Part shown: piece after piece, positions 43,694 to 55,198 of the stretch
Numbering within the stretch: the stretch's first letter is position 1
Layout of the letters: every line of letters begins with the position of its first letter
Assembly: GCA_965237955.1 (NCBI GenBank)
Contig: OZ250169.1
Coordinates: forward strand, 6,432,001-6,496,000
Direction of reading: 5' to 3'
Origin: Candidatus Marinacidobacterales bacterium
Lineage (GTDB): Bacteria > Acidobacteriota > Vicinamibacteria > Marinacidobacterales > SMYC01
DNA length: 64,000 nucleotides
Program-made: the position numbers and the translations under genes
Notes under the pieces: generated by a model
The model's database searches: none
Told to the model about the DNA's origin: nothing
The model's input: the letters and a program-made list of their open reading frames with translations, nothing else

Positions 43694-44997
43694 ATGACCT
43701 CCAGGCGCACGGCAGCAATCGGCGAGCCCTGCTCGGCAAACCAGCACGTGCCCTCGTTGACCATATCGAGCTCTATCGTGTAGGCGCCCGGCTTTCCCGG
43801 AGCTTTTAGTTGCAGCTCGACGTCGACAGCGTCGCCTTTTGCGACGTCACGCGGAAGCTCCGCTCGGCCGTAATCGTCGTCCACGACCGCGCTCTCGGTA
43901 TCTAAAAGGTGCGCGCCCAACCGCACGTAGCCTCGTCCGCGACGACCTTCCTCGAGCCACACCGTTTCGGATTGATTCTCGACACGCACGGTGAACCGCA
44001 CCGCCTCCCCGGAACGCGCAGAGATCTGCGAGAGAGAAGGCGTTATCTTGGCGAGGTGGGTGCGGGGATTGAGCGAGGTCACCGCGTAGGCGCCTTTGCG
44101 GAAGACCCCGATCGGGCCGGTCAGCACCGCCTTCCGCAGAAAGTCCTGCGGCACGAGCCACGACATCCCGCGCAGAAACAAGCGCATCCGGTTCATCGGG
44201 AGCGTCAAGATCTCGGGCTCGAGCGCCGGAATCGCGAGATCGAGTCCTTTGAAGCCGGCCGCGACGGCGCTCTGGTAAAACTGCTCGAGGTCGAGGTCTT
44301 CCTCCAAGATCCCGTGCTCGGTCTCAGCCTGGGAGATTTCAGTCGCCGTGTGCCCGACGCCCGGCTCGGCGAAACCGAAACGCCCTTGGGGCGCAAGGAC
44401 GCGGTGAAACTCGCTCAGAACCGTCTCGGGATTCGGAAAGTGATGGAACGCATCGAAAACGACAACGAAGTCCAGATCCCCGTCGGGAATATCGATGTCG
44501 CTTCCCGAGTAGGTACGAAACTCGACGCGCGCGCGCGCGTCCGGCGTCAGCTCGCGATCGGCGACCTCGCGAGCGATCTCGAGCGCAGCGGGAGCGATGT
44601 CCATACCTATTACTTCAGCGCCCGTGCGCGCCAGCATGATCGAGGTCCAACCGGTGCCACACCCGAAGTCGAGAACCCGATCACCCGGCCGGATCCGAAG
44701 GGCCGCGAGAAGTTGCCCGAATCGCTCGAGGTACTTCCCCACTCTCTCGGGCTCGGAGAACGGCCGGTTGTGCCAGTACTCACGAAGGTTCGACTGCTCG
44801 AAGTATTTTTCCGACGCGACGTTAATCGAGCTCGTCTCGGGTGGAGGTCGGTCAGTGAGAGCGTCGGGCGGTGACGACCAAAGCGACCTCACCGGCCGGA
44901 AGTGCGGCGGACGATAGGCCCCGAGCGAGCGCCAGGCGACGAGATAAGTCTTCACACCGGGCAGGAGGCTCGAAAGAATTTTTTTGAGGTCAGCCAA
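43690..44997 (-). CDS. Class I SAM methyltransferase with C-terminal Ig-like domain
   Basis: VLDFGCGTG, AFHHF, FAEPG; C-terminal V.V.N..W..LGAH..PG.Y..ELDMV.EG..WF. Confidence 0.85.
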   Translation of the reverse strand: MADLKKILSSLLPGVKTYLVAWRSLGAYRPPHFRPVRSLWSSPPDALTDRPPPETSSINVASEKYFEQSNLREYWHNRPFSEPERVGKYLERFGQLLAALRIRPGDRVLDFGCGTGWTSIMLARTGAEVIGMDIAPAALEIAREVADRELTPDARARVEFRTYSGSDIDIPDGDLDFVVVFDAFHHFPNPETVLSEFHRVLAPQGRFGFAEPGVGHTATEISQAETEHGILEEDLDLEQFYQSAVAAGFKGLDLAIPALEPEILTLPMNRMRLFLRGMSWLVPQDFLRKAVLTGPIGVFRKGAYAVTSLNPRTHLAKITPSLSQISARSGEAVRFTVRVENQSETVWLEEGRRGRGYVRLGAHLLDTESAVVDDDYGRAELPRDVAKGDAVDVELQLKAPGKPGAYTIELDMVNEGTCWFAEQGSPIAAVRLEVI

Positions 44998-45111
44998 GAT
45001 ACGCGCGCCAAAGTAGCACGAGCGAATTTAGCACGGCAAGGTTGCCCCGGCGCAAGCCATCCCCTATCATCAAAGAAATCCCTTTTCGAGCGCATTTATC
45101 GTGAGTACCGT

Positions 45112-47624
45112 TTGAGCCCAACCGACGAGCGTCCGTCCGCGCGCTATTGGCCGTTTCTCCTCGTCCTGGCGCTTTTCTTCCTCTCCGGAGCATCGGGCCT
45201 GGTGTACCAGGTCGTTTGGGTGCGCCTCCTGACCCGGATCTTCGGCACGACGACGTTCGCGGTGAGCGCGCTCCTCGCGGCGTTCATGGCCGGCCTCGGC
45301 CTCGGAGCCGCGCTTGCCTCCCGCTATCTCATGAAGGTACGCCATCCGCTCCGGTGGTTCGGCGCTCTCGAGATCGGGATCGGGCTCTACGCACTCGTAC
45401 TGAACGCGATGCTTCCCGCCGGCGAGGGGCTCTTTCTCGGACTTGTTTCCAACCTGGGGCTCTCGATAGTCGGCGAGAACTTCGCCAAAGTCGCGCTCGC
45501 GTTCATCGTCCTAGTGCCCCCGACGACACTCATGGGCGCGAGTCTCCCTCTGCTCGTCAAGCAGTCGGTGAACAGTTTGTCGACGGTCGGGCTCCGCACC
45601 GGAACCCTCTACGCGATCAATACCCTCGGAGCCGCCGGTGGCTGCTTCGTCGCAGGCTTCTACACCATCCCACTGTGGGGGATGGAAAGCACGACCCAGC
45701 TCGCCGCCGCCGTGAACAGTTTCGTCGGCCTCGCCGCGATCACACTGAGCTTTCTCATAGCCGAGCCTGAACCCGACCCGCCGCTCGACGAGCCCGACGA
45801 GTCCGAAAGCTCCAAAACTACTTCCAAACTACGCTGGGCGGTCGCCGCGTTTACCGTGTCCGGTTTCGCCGCGCTCGGTCTCGAGGTCGTCTGGACCCGT
45901 CTATTGACGCTTGTCTTCAAAGGTTATTCGTACTCGTTCACCGCCATGCTGACGGTGTTTCTCATCGGCATCGCTCTCGGAAGCGTCGCGTTCGCGCGAG
46001 CCGCCGACCGATCTCGTGACCCCGAAGCACTCCTCGGAATCCTGCAGATCGCGATCGGCGTCTCGGTCACCGCGTTTACCGCCCTGCTCGTGTTCTCCGA
46101 CGATTCGCGCGCGTTGTTGCACTATGAGTTCGGCTACGACTTCACCGGGCACATGCTCGCCAAGTTCTTCATCGCTCTCGTCGTGCTCGGAGTTCCGACG
46201 TTTCTGTTCGGCGCGCAATTCCCCGTCGTGTCGCGGCTCGCGACCGACGAAGCCCACACTGCCGGACGGCGTGTCGGCTTGCTCTATGCGATGAACGTCG
46301 TGGGCTCGATCCTCGGCGCGCTCGTCACCGGCTACATCCTGATTCCGCTTGTGGGCACCCAGACAAGCCTCCGCCTGCTCGCCCTATCGATGGTCGCAAC
46401 GGGCATCGCGCTCGTTCTGAAGAGAAGCCAACTGTCCGCGCCATCGAAGCGCACCATCGTCGCCGCAGCCGTGGTGTTGGTGGTGGTGCTTGTGGTCGTC
46501 ACCCCGCGCGATTTGTCGTTGCACCTTCACCGCGAATGGCTCCAGGACGGCGAGATCATAAGCCACTACGAGGAAGGGGCAAGCGCGACGGTCATGGTTG
46601 GACGCTTTCCCGGGGACGACAGTGCCAAGCGAATCCTGATCAACGGAAGCTCGGCGTCCAACTCGTCGTCCTACGGGTTGTCGTGAACCGCGTCCAGGGT
46701 TCCATCCCGTTTCTATTCGACCGGATGCCCAAGAAAGTGCTCGCCGCGTGCTTCGGCACGGGCATTACCTTCGGCACGCTGAGCCAGTTCGACATCGAAC
46801 AGATGGACGGCGTCGACATCTCACCCGAGGTCATCCGTGCGGCCGGACAGTTCCGCGAAGAGAACTACGACGTCCTGAACAACGATCGCGTCACGATCCA
46901 CATCGACGATGGCCGCAACTTTCTGCTGAAGAGTCGAGAAAACTACGACGTCATCACCATGGAGCCAATGCCGCCGGCGCTTGCGGGCGTCGCCGACATG
47001 TACACGAAAGAGTTTTACGACCTCTGCAAAGATCATTTGACGCCTGGCGGTGTCGTCTCGCAGTGGGTGCCGATGTACTTCTTGACTCTCGACGACATGA
47101 AGATGCTCTATCAGACGTTTGCGGACGCGTTTCCGTACGTCATGGTTTTCTACTACACACTCGATTCGTTTCTCGTCGGCTCCGACGAGCCACTTCGATT
47201 GTCCCCCGCGGCTTTCGAAGAACGCCTGGTCTCGAAACAGCTCGCGCGCGACCTCGCGGCCATCGAGCTCCGGTCGCCCGAAGACCTCTTCAGCGCCTAT
47301 CTCATGGGGCGCGACGCCATGCTGCGGTTCGCGGGCGACGCGCCCATCGTGACCGATGACCACCCGCTGGTGGAGTTCACCGCGCCGAAGGCGGTGGACA
47401 TGTCCACGACCTCGACCAACTATCTCAGCGTCACCGAGTACGCGGAATCCGTGGCACCGCTGTTGAAAGATGTGGTGTCCAACGAGCTACACACGACGCT
47501 CGTCGAGCGCTTCGAGCAACAGGAGTGGCTTTGGAACAGCGCCCGCGACAAGGCGGCCGAACGCCGCGAGCGCGCTCACAACGAGAAGCCACCTCCGGGG
47601 ATGGTGCCGTTCGACGAGCAATGA
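45112..47624 (+). CDS. Fused MFS-like/spermidine synthase protein; frameshift near 46683, probably an error
   Basis: SGASGLVYQVVW, LYAINTLGA repeated; FGTGIT, DDGRNFL, YDVITMEP, TDDHP.VEF in the second frame. Confidence 0.88.
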
Positions 47625-47778
47625 GCTTCACTTGTCCCCCGCGAGCAGCCGCTTCCGAGCGGCTTCGGCCATGATGGGCTTGGTGCAGCTTACCAGGCCG
47701 GCCAACTCTTTCGAGACAGAGGACGTGAGAAAAAATTAATCTTGACTAGCTCTACAGCTATGTTATAGAGTGACCAGC

Positions 47779-47987
47779 ATGGGATACGTGACAAAGCTGC
47801 AGGTGATCAAGCGAGCCAACGACACCCGTCAGTTCTATGTGATTTGCCCGTCACCTTTAGCCCAGGCGCATTATTAGAGATGGAGCCGGGCGAGGAGCTG
47901 GAGTGGGTGGTGGAGGATCGAAACACACTGATTGTGCGTCGGACGCCTAAGGCAAAGCGTGGGAGGAAGCGGGGTAAACGTGGGTGA
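47779..47987 (+). pseudogene. AbrB/SpoVT-like small protein, frameshifted
   Basis: MGYVTKLQVIKR..QFYVICP.PLAQA / EMEPGEELEWVVED; upstream TTGACT-N16-TATAGA. Confidence 0.6.
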
Positions 47988-47997
47988 TAAGCAAACG

Positions 47998-48612
47998 TCA
48001 CTTCCAGGCTTTCCGAGTCCGCGAAAACGCAGCGATGGTGATGACGTCCGTATGCCAGCGTTCGTGGGGGCGTTTCGGAAGTTCGGGCTTGCGGCCTACG
48101 GACGGTGTGGCATTCCACCTTGCGAGCAAATCGTTCCGGTCCAGAATGCGGTACACGCTGCTCGGGCTCAGGCAAACGACATCCTCGTCCACCATCATGA
48201 GCCGCCGGTAGCCGTCCCGTGGGTGTGCTAAAGCATAGACCGTCACCGCCTCCTCCTCTTCGGCAAGCTCGGTTGAAGGTGGTCGACTTCTCGTGCGGCT
48301 CGAAACGACACCGGTCGACTAGCTTCCAAGCGTTTTTTTTAGGTCCAGATTCTCCATGGTGATCTCTACCACCACCGATTTCATCCTCTCAAGCTCTTGA
48401 CGCAGCTTCTCCTCGCGGCGAGACGCCTTCTCCTTCTTGCCATTCTGAAATGATTCCAGTGTCGCCTCCTCCGATTGTTTCAGCCACTGATAGTACTGCC
48501 CTGTATTCAATGCGTGGCGCCGACACACCTCGGACACCGTCGCACCACTCTCCTGGCACTCCTTGAGTATCTGCAGCTTCTCCTTCGCTGACCAACGTTT
48601 CCTGCCGTCCAT
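47998..48612 (-). pseudogene. IS3-family remnant (orfA 48319-48612 plus deleted orfB)
   Basis: RKRWSAKEKLQIL..VSEVCRRH..YYQW; HPRDGYRRL..SSVYRIL..ERWHTD. Confidence 0.82.
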
Positions 48613-48674
48613 CTCTGCCTTCTCCCTTCGTTGAGTATAAGACAGAGGCGAAAACCGTCACTTACTACGACCCC

Positions 48675-50129
48675 CAAAAGGGCGCAGCTGCTGCTGCGGA
48701 CGGTCGACGTGGAGCGTTTGATCCCAGAGGATCACCCAGCGCGTGCGATCTGGGAGTTCGTGGGTCGGCTGGATCTCAGCGGGTACACGGATCAAGTCCG
48801 CTCGGTCGCGGGTGGCGCAGGCCGGCCTGCGTTTGATCCTCAGCTACTGGTGAGCCTGTGGGTCTACAGCTACAGCCAAGCCGTGAGTTCGGCCCGCGCG
48901 GTTGAGCGGCTGTGCGAACATCATCCGGCGTATCAATGGCTCAGCGGAATGCAGAGCATCAGTGCGCACACGCTGTCGGACTTTCGGATGATTCATAGGG
49001 AGATCCTGGACGAGTTGTTTGTGCAAGCTCTGGGAGTTCTGAGTTCGGACGGATTGATCACGCTCGAGCGAGTCATGCTGGATGGGACGAAGGTGCGCGC
49101 GAACGCTTCGTCGAGTGGATTTCGCCGCAAGCCGACGGTCGAAGAGTGTCTGGAGCAGGCGCGTGAGGCGGTAGAGACTCTCAACGCCCAGACGGAGGAG
49201 GAATCGAGCCGGCAGATGCAGGCAGCGCAGCAACGCGCCAGGCGAGAGAGACAGGATCGTCTAGAATCAGCGTTGAAGGAGTATGACAAGCTGAAAGCCG
49301 CGAAAAGCCGCATAGACCGCGTGAGCACGACCGATCCCGACGCGCGGGTGATGAAGCAAGCCGAGGGCGGCTCCGCACCTAACTACAACGTCCAAGTCTC
49401 AACGGATGCCGCACACGGCCTGATTGTCGACATCGATGCCACGCAGGCCGGTAGCGATTATCAGCAGCTGACGCCGGCCATAGAACGGATTGAGCAGAGC
49501 ATGCAGCGTGCGCCCGAGCAGATGGTCGTAGATGGAGGCTACATTAGTAGCAACAACATCGCGAAGATGGCGAAGCGCGGCATCGATCTCGTCGGCCCCG
49601 ACCACGAGAACAAGGCAGCAGAGGCCAATCGGCGCAAGTCGTATAAGCACCACGGCGTGAAAGCGGAATACGAGGCGTCGAAGTTTGTCTTCGATACGCA
49701 GACCAACACGTATGTGTGCCCGCAGGGCAAGCACTTACGCTACACGCCAAGCAGGAAAGCCATGGCACGATGCGCTATCGATATAAGGCGTCTAAGCAAG
49801 ACTGCCAGACGTGTCCGGCCAAAGAGCAGTGTTGTCCTCGTACGCAGCACGGCCGCTCGATCGAGCGGCGCGAACTCTTGCCCGACATAGCCGCGTTCCG
49901 GAAGAAGATGCAGACCGACGAAGCCAAGGCCATCTATAAGACACGCTCGCAGGTGGCCAAGTTTCCGAATCTCTGGATCAAAACCAAGTTCGGCCTGCGG
50001 CAGTTTAGCGTGCGCGGAGTCGCCAAAGTGCGCACTGAATCTCTGTGGGTCGCCCTCACCTACGATATCTTGCAGTGGATTCGCCTCCGCTGGAGGCCGA
50101 AGATGGTATCGACACTCGTGCCGACGTGA
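48675..50129 (+). pseudogene. IS1182-family transposase, 5'-truncated, frameshift near 49745
   Basis: LIPEDHPARAIW, GRPAFDP, LDGTKVRANAS, STTDPDARVMK, DGGY, CPQG, Y..R. Confidence 0.9.
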
Positions 50130-50164
50130 GCGCGTTGAGCACACGCAGCCCGACTTGTTAAAGC

Positions 50165-51609
50165 GGAGGTGCCCCCACCATAGTTGAAGGTTCGAGGTGG
50201 TGGCGGCTCCTGACACATGGTTTACCCGACTTTGGCGTGCTTGTCGAGCGCTTGATTCTCAGTGACCTCCGCTAACTTCGCTTCGAGGATCGGTAGCGAT
50301 TGGTATCCAATGATACGACGGAAATTTTTCTCCGTGGCGAGCAGAGCCGAAGCGGCCCATCTCAGAACCATCTTGCCATTGCGCCAGCGGGTGACGCGAC
50401 GGGTACGACCTCGCGCACCGCTGAAGCACGACTCGATGATGTTCGTCGATCCAAGGCAGCGTTTCAGAGATGCGGGGAGGTCGAGCTCGTTGATGGTGAA
50501 CATCTCGTCGAGCCCCTCCCGGATGCTCTCCGCCGCCGAGGGGTAGTCGTCCTCGAGCCACTTCGCCTGTTGCTCCAACCGCGCTTTGCCCTTCTTTGCT
50601 GGGAGCTGCCAGGCCGAACGCAGGCTCGCTTGCACTTGCGGCTTCAGCTCCTGCGGCAGATAACCGAGCACATTGCGCTCCTTGTGCTTCCTGCAACGCT
50701 GGACCTTGTTGTGGGTACCGAACACAGCGTCGACGGCGACCCGTAGCGCCTTGGAGCCATCGATCACGAACAGCCGACACCGCTCTGGGCTCAGGCCTCG
50801 TTCGACCAGGTCCTCCAGCAGCGCCTTGCACACTATCTGGTTCTCCGATGCTCCATCCCGAAGCCCCAGAACATGCTTGTATCCCTCTGTATCTACGCCG
50901 ATTGCCGCCAGAGCGTGGTGCACGCCGAAGCGAATCCCGTCCAGGTACACGACCGCGATCTCCAGCTCGTCCAGCGGACGCTCCATCAGCCCCTGCAACT
51001 GCTCCGCGCTTGCTTCCACGAACTCACGGCTCACCTCGCTCTTGCTAACCCCTACCGTCTCCGCCATCTCGGGAAGAACCGACGCGTACTTGCGCGTCGA
51101 CACACCCAGCATCAGGATTTCCCAGATGCGTTGGCTCAGCCGAGACGAGTTGTTCACCGCTTCGTAGGCAGGAATCGCAACCTCCCCTCCCTCTGCCTTT
51201 CCCTTACGCCGCAGACGTGGCCGGCTCACTCTCAACTTCCGCTCCGCAAGGCTTACTACGCCACCCTGCCGGCCGTGCCAGCGAACATCGCTACCCTTCT
51301 TCCCCGGGTGTTTCTCCCCAGCCACACTTTGGGCTGACAGATCCAAGACCGCTTCGATCGTCGCTCGGCCAGCAACGTCGATCACTTCGTCGATCGCTAT
51401 CTCGGTTCGCTCAATCGCATCCAAGAACGGCAACAGAGCTTGCCCCTTCGAGCTCAGTATCTCTCGAAGCTTCTTCCTGTTCTTCGCATCGATGATTTGG
51501 TGATTTGACATCGTGGTGGCTCCTTTCTTTTTCCTTCACAGCCGGATTCTATCGAACCCGGCCTTAGGAGCCGCCACTCCTAACCTTCAACTATCTCAGG
51601 GGCATCTCC
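50165..51609 (-). mobile_element. IS256-family element, complete
   Basis: Imperfect IRs GGAGGTGCCCC..ATAGTTGAAGG / CCTTCAACTAT..GGGGCATCTCC; 8-bp target duplication GTTAAAGC. Confidence 0.94.
50222..51511 (-). CDS. IS256-family transposase
   Basis: GVSTR, YLDG, FVIDGSKAL, QRC..HK.RN, STNIIES. Confidence 0.95.
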   Translation of the reverse strand: MSNHQIIDAKNRKKLREILSSKGQALLPFLDAIERTEIAIDEVIDVAGRATIEAVLDLSAQSVAGEKHPGKKGSDVRWHGRQGGVVSLAERKLRVSRPRLRRKGKAEGGEVAIPAYEAVNNSSRLSQRIWEILMLGVSTRKYASVLPEMAETVGVSKSEVSREFVEASAEQLQGLMERPLDELEIAVVYLDGIRFGVHHALAAIGVDTEGYKHVLGLRDGASENQIVCKALLEDLVERGLSPERCRLFVIDGSKALRVAVDAVFGTHNKVQRCRKHKERNVLGYLPQELKPQVQASLRSAWQLPAKKGKARLEQQAKWLEDDYPSAAESIREGLDEMFTINELDLPASLKRCLGSTNIIESCFSGARGRTRRVTRWRNGKMVLRWAASALLATEKNFRRIIGYQSLPILEAKLAEVTENQALDKHAKVG

Positions 51610-51877
51610 GTTAAAGCGCTAGCAATACGCACCAACGAAACGCCGATACGATATCGGGTGAATCCGTACCGCGCGGACCCGACCCCCTAGTTGACAGAAG
51701 TGTGGACCAACCATCCCCATCTCCCTTGGGAAACGCGATTTTTTCTCACGTCCAGAGCTAGTTCAAGTAGTGCTTGGACTCCCTGCACGTGTGCGCCGAG
51801 CTCAAGTAACACTTTAAGGTGCTCCGTCTAGACGGAAGTTGTTCCGCCATCGCACGTTGGAGCTCTTTCGCCAAAGG

Positions 51878-52627
51878 TTAGGACGGCTTTTTTTTCATGT
51901 CGACACGGATCACGACGACGTCCGAGTCGGAAACGTTCTCCGTCGAGTGGGGCGGCCCGCCACTTTCCCATATCGTGGCGCCCGCCTCAAACTTCAGGTC
52001 CACGGGCTCACCCTCCTCGGGAATGTTTTTCATGTCGGCGTCGGTGAGGAAAATCGCGAAACCAGGAGGATGGTCATGGACCGGTGACGTCTCTCCTGCC
52101 GGATACGTCATCCGCACGACGCGCACCCGATCGTTCTCGTACTCGACGACGTGGTGCTCGGCATCGACGAAGGTCGCGTCGACATCACTCCGGTCGATGT
52201 CCTCATCACCGAGCTCCTGGAGCTCGATAGAAATGTTCTCGATGTCAGATGTGGGAACGCCGAAGTGGGTGGTCGGCTCGCCCCAGGCCGCACTGCCGGC
52301 GACGAGGGTCACGGTCGTGGTTTCACCGCCTCGAGGTGTCAGCTCTGCTTCGGCATCCCTCAGGTACACCGAGACCCGCGCGCGGTGCGAGTGCATTGCG
52401 CCCTCCTCACCCCCGGCCAGGTTCTCCCGTAGAACCCGCAAAGAATCGTTCTCGAACTCGAGCACGTAGTGCTCCGCATCCACAACCACGGGATCCAGGA
52501 ATTCGTTAGGGTCCGAACTCGCAGGTGCCTCCGCCGGCACGTCGGCCGAGGGTCCGCAACCCACGAACAGGAACATCAGACAAACCGTCCAAAACCGCAC
52601 TAGGCCCTCCTTGCTCGACGTGCTCAA
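51878..52627 (-). CDS. Lipoprotein with tandem cupin domains
   Basis: LFVGC lipobox; DAEHY/H..ENDxxRV..HxH repeated twice; start may be slightly downstream. Confidence 0.8.
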   Translation of the reverse strand: MSTSSKEGLVRFWTVCLMFLFVGCGPSADVPAEAPASSDPNEFLDPVVVDAEHYVLEFENDSLRVLRENLAGGEEGAMHSHRARVSVYLRDAEAELTPRGGETTTVTLVAGSAAWGEPTTHFGVPTSDIENISIELQELGDEDIDRSDVDATFVDAEHHVVEYENDRVRVVRMTYPAGETSPVHDHPPGFAIFLTDADMKNIPEEGEPVDLKFEAGATIWESGGPPHSTENVSDSDVVVIRVDMKKKPS

Positions 52628-52717
52628 CGGGGTCTCTTTATATCAGAAACGCAGTTGCACCCGCTACCTGGACGCGGTAACAATCTATAGACACCACAAT
52701 CTAAAAGGAGGTGCGAG

Positions 52718-53197
52718 ATGAAGCGCCTGATTTGGACGTTCATCGTGATGTTTGCCGCATCCGCGGCAGTGGCGCAGTCGCTCGGTGAGATCGCCAAGAA
52801 AGAGAAAGAGCGCCGCAGGCATCTCGAGAGCTCGGAGTCCCGCACCATTACCGACGTCGAGCTGAGACGCGCGGGCGGGCCGCTCACGGCGTTGCCGAGA
52901 ACGTCGCGCTCCGACGCGGACTCCGATGACGTTGCCGAAGAAGATGTGGAAGAGGACCAGGAGGAAATCACAGACGAACGCCAAACCGAGGACTACTGGC
53001 GTGGCCGGCTGGCGCCCATCGACACGCGCATCAAGAGCATGGAGGAGCGGTTGCAGAGTCCGCAGTTCACTTCGAATCCGGTCGGCGCACCGGACCGCGA
53101 GCGGTTGGAACGCCAACTCGCCGAAGCGCGCGCGAAACGGCGAGCTGTCGTCGACGAGGCCCGCCGGAAGGGTGTGCCTCCGGGGTGGTTGAGGTAG
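52718..53197 (+). CDS. Hypothetical secreted protein
   Basis: AGGAGG RBS, signal peptide, AQSLGEIAKKEKERR..E.YWR..ARRKGVPPGWLR. Confidence 0.8.
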   Translation: MKRLIWTFIVMFAASAAVAQSLGEIAKKEKERRRHLESSESRTITDVELRRAGGPLTALPRTSRSDADSDDVAEEDVEEDQEEITDERQTEDYWRGRLAPIDTRIKSMEERLQSPQFTSNPVGAPDRERLERQLAEARAKRRAVVDEARRKGVPPGWLR

Positions 53198-53288
53198 ACG
53201 CCAGCACGAAACCCTTCGGGTAAGTCGGGTCCTCGGTGAACATTCCGGCGAAATGCGGATGGGTGGTGGGAACGCAGTGGGGTCTGTT

Positions 53289-54143
53289 TCATGCTTTGAA
53301 CTCCAAGATTACGCCGCCCGTGCGCTCGGGGCGGACCCATACACCGTTGTCCGAGGCGTGAGGTGTCACGCCGGCTCCTTCGAGAAATAGTTTCGTCGCG
53401 TCCACGTCATCGACCAGAAGCTCCACCACGCCGACCGACGGCACCGCCGGTAGCACCGCGCCGGGGTAGCGCGACAGCACTTTTTCCGGGGTTTTTAACT
53501 CGACGTAGCCGTCGTCCAGGGCGAAGTACGGGCTTTTGTCGAGAGCAGTGCCGCCGAGCCCGGTGCACCGTTCGAAACGAGCCGCGGTCTCCTCCGGGAA
53601 CTCCGAGCACAGCGTGACCCCCGTGAGCCCGGTGACGCCGTTCGCGTGCTCGAGCAGCGGTTTTTGCCACAGGACGTCCCTCGTCGCGTGCTCGATGAAA
53701 ACAAGCTCCGCTTCCGGAAACGCACCCTCCTCGGGACGCACGATGTGGAACACCCCTTCGCGGGTGCTCCCACCGAAAGGAACGTCTCTCCGAACTTCGA
53801 CGGGAGCGGCTCTCCCGCCTTGGGAGCTTTCATAAAACGCCTGAGCGCTCTCGCATCCGAGCGCGATCAACGACACGCCGTGGAACCGGCTCAGTGCTGC
53901 GCGAAACGGTTCGTGGTAGCGGTTCGGATCACACAGCCCCAGAATCTCGAAGTAGCCGCGGCGGAACATCGCGCAGTGGTTGCCCGAGCCCCATGGAACG
54001 ACTGGACCGTCTGCGGTAATGCGTCCCTTGTGGGAGCTTGCGCGAGTGAGCGTGAACCCCAGCTTCTCGTAGTCGTCACGCGATGCCGCCAAGTTCGCTG
54101 TCACCAGCGCGACGTGATCGAGCGTGAGTCCGCTTGTGGTCAA
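53289..54143 (-). CDS. VOC family (glyoxalase_3-like) protein
   Basis: LDHVAL..LGF..GSGNHCAMF..GYFEIL, HANGVTGL; TTG start inferred. Confidence 0.85.
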   Translation of the reverse strand: MTTSGLTLDHVALVTANLAASRDDYEKLGFTLTRASSHKGRITADGPVVPWGSGNHCAMFRRGYFEILGLCDPNRYHEPFRAALSRFHGVSLIALGCESAQAFYESSQGGRAAPVEVRRDVPFGGSTREGVFHIVRPEEGAFPEAELVFIEHATRDVLWQKPLLEHANGVTGLTGVTLCSEFPEETAARFERCTGLGGTALDKSPYFALDDGYVELKTPEKVLSRYPGAVLPAVPSVGVVELLVDDVDATKLFLEGAGVTPHASDNGVWVRPERTGGVILEFKA

Positions 54144-54231
54144 ACCAGTACTTCCTGAGGTGCATCGTACAACGCTTGCCGCCCACTTCACGACGCATTT
54201 TTGACAGCGCCCCTCGAACCCGAAACTCTCT

Positions 54232-54502
54232 TTGTTTCAAGCGAGATACAGTAGAAAGGGAGTCGGCGCGAGCGGTAAGAACATCGATCCAGGCTTTTCG
54301 GGTTGGTTCGACTGGAGCACCCTCGAGCAACCGGACGACGACCGCTTCCATTTTCCGGCGGGACGGCAGAGGCGATATCAATATCAGGTTCTTCGATCAG
54401 TCCGTTCCCGTCCCGGGCACGACCGCGCTGCTCATCTTGGGTCTGGTGAGCGTAGGGTTCGCGCGACGGCGACGCGGCATCAAAACAAAGGCGTCAGAGT
54501 AG
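54232..54502 (+). pseudogene. Remnant of a PEP-CTERM-type exosortase substrate
   Basis: SVPVPGTTALLILGLVSVGFARRRR sorting signal; no convincing N-terminus. Confidence 0.5.
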
Positions 54503-54630
54503 CCGGTCGCCGATCACTAGCCGCGCCCTCGCGAGGACCGCTCGACTCGCGGGATGACAGTTGAATTTCTGGATTCGTTCCGAGTAAATTTAGGGCGCTC
54601 TCGACTTGGCGGAACTCATCTTGAGGCCCC

Positions 54631-54972
54631 ATGGATATCGAGGTCAAACCCAAAGGTACGGTCACGGTGGTGCGCGTGCGCGGCCGGATAATAGATGGAG
54701 AGCCCGCGAACCTGCTGCAAGACTCTCTCCGAAAGCTCGTTCGGGCGCAACACGTCAAGACGGTGTTCGATTTCGAAGGGGTCACCTATTTAGACAGCCT
54801 CGCCATCGGGATTCTCGTTTCTCACTATGTATCCGTCTCGTTGCTCGGTGGCGGCATCGTGCTGCTGAAAGCGGACGAGAAGGTCGAAGAGCTCATGAGA
54901 ATAACGCGCCTCACCGACCGGTTCGGGTGGGCCAGCGAGCTCGAACAAGCCATCAAGTGGTTCGACCGCTAG
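54631..54972 (+). CDS. STAS-domain anti-sigma factor antagonist
   Basis: VVRVRGRI, FDFEGVTYLDSLAIG, LMRITRL. Confidence 0.9.
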   Translation: MDIEVKPKGTVTVVRVRGRIIDGEPANLLQDSLRKLVRAQHVKTVFDFEGVTYLDSLAIGILVSHYVSVSLLGGGIVLLKADEKVEELMRITRLTDRFGWASELEQAIKWFDR

Positions 54973-55051
54973 CGATGAAAGCTCCGCTCCCCGCGGCGTT
55001 TCGGACGCGCCGTCCATACCGACCGCAGACTTGAACCACTGCCGCTCGTCG

Positions 55052-55141
55052 TGCATTCTAATGTCCCAATCGCTCGCCGACGAGCTCCTCTACAACGAAG
55101 CCCTCAACGAAGTCGTGTTCGTGAAGTATCTGGACGAGTAG
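55052..55141 (+). pseudogene. C-terminal remnant of an RsbW-like anti-sigma kinase domain
   Basis: Manual translation ILMSQSLADELLYNEALNEVVFVKYLDE*. Confidence 0.6.
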
Positions 55142-55198
55142 ATCACAGTTCGGATAGCGGGGAGCAGGATCGCGCCGCTCATCGACCACGTCGCGGCG

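Larger units (their letters stand above)
47722..51752 (+). mobile_element. IS1182-like composite bounded by IRs
   Basis: GACGTGAGAAAAAA / TTTTTTCTCACGTC flanked by CAGAG repeats (47717-47721, 51753-51757). Confidence 0.7.

Noticed and set aside
46670-46690. Frameshifts here and at about 15252, 29898, 32896, 49745 and 57655 as programmed recoding
   Set aside because: Isolated 1-2 nt indels without slippery signals; sequencing error or recent decay is more likely and cannot be resolved without reads.
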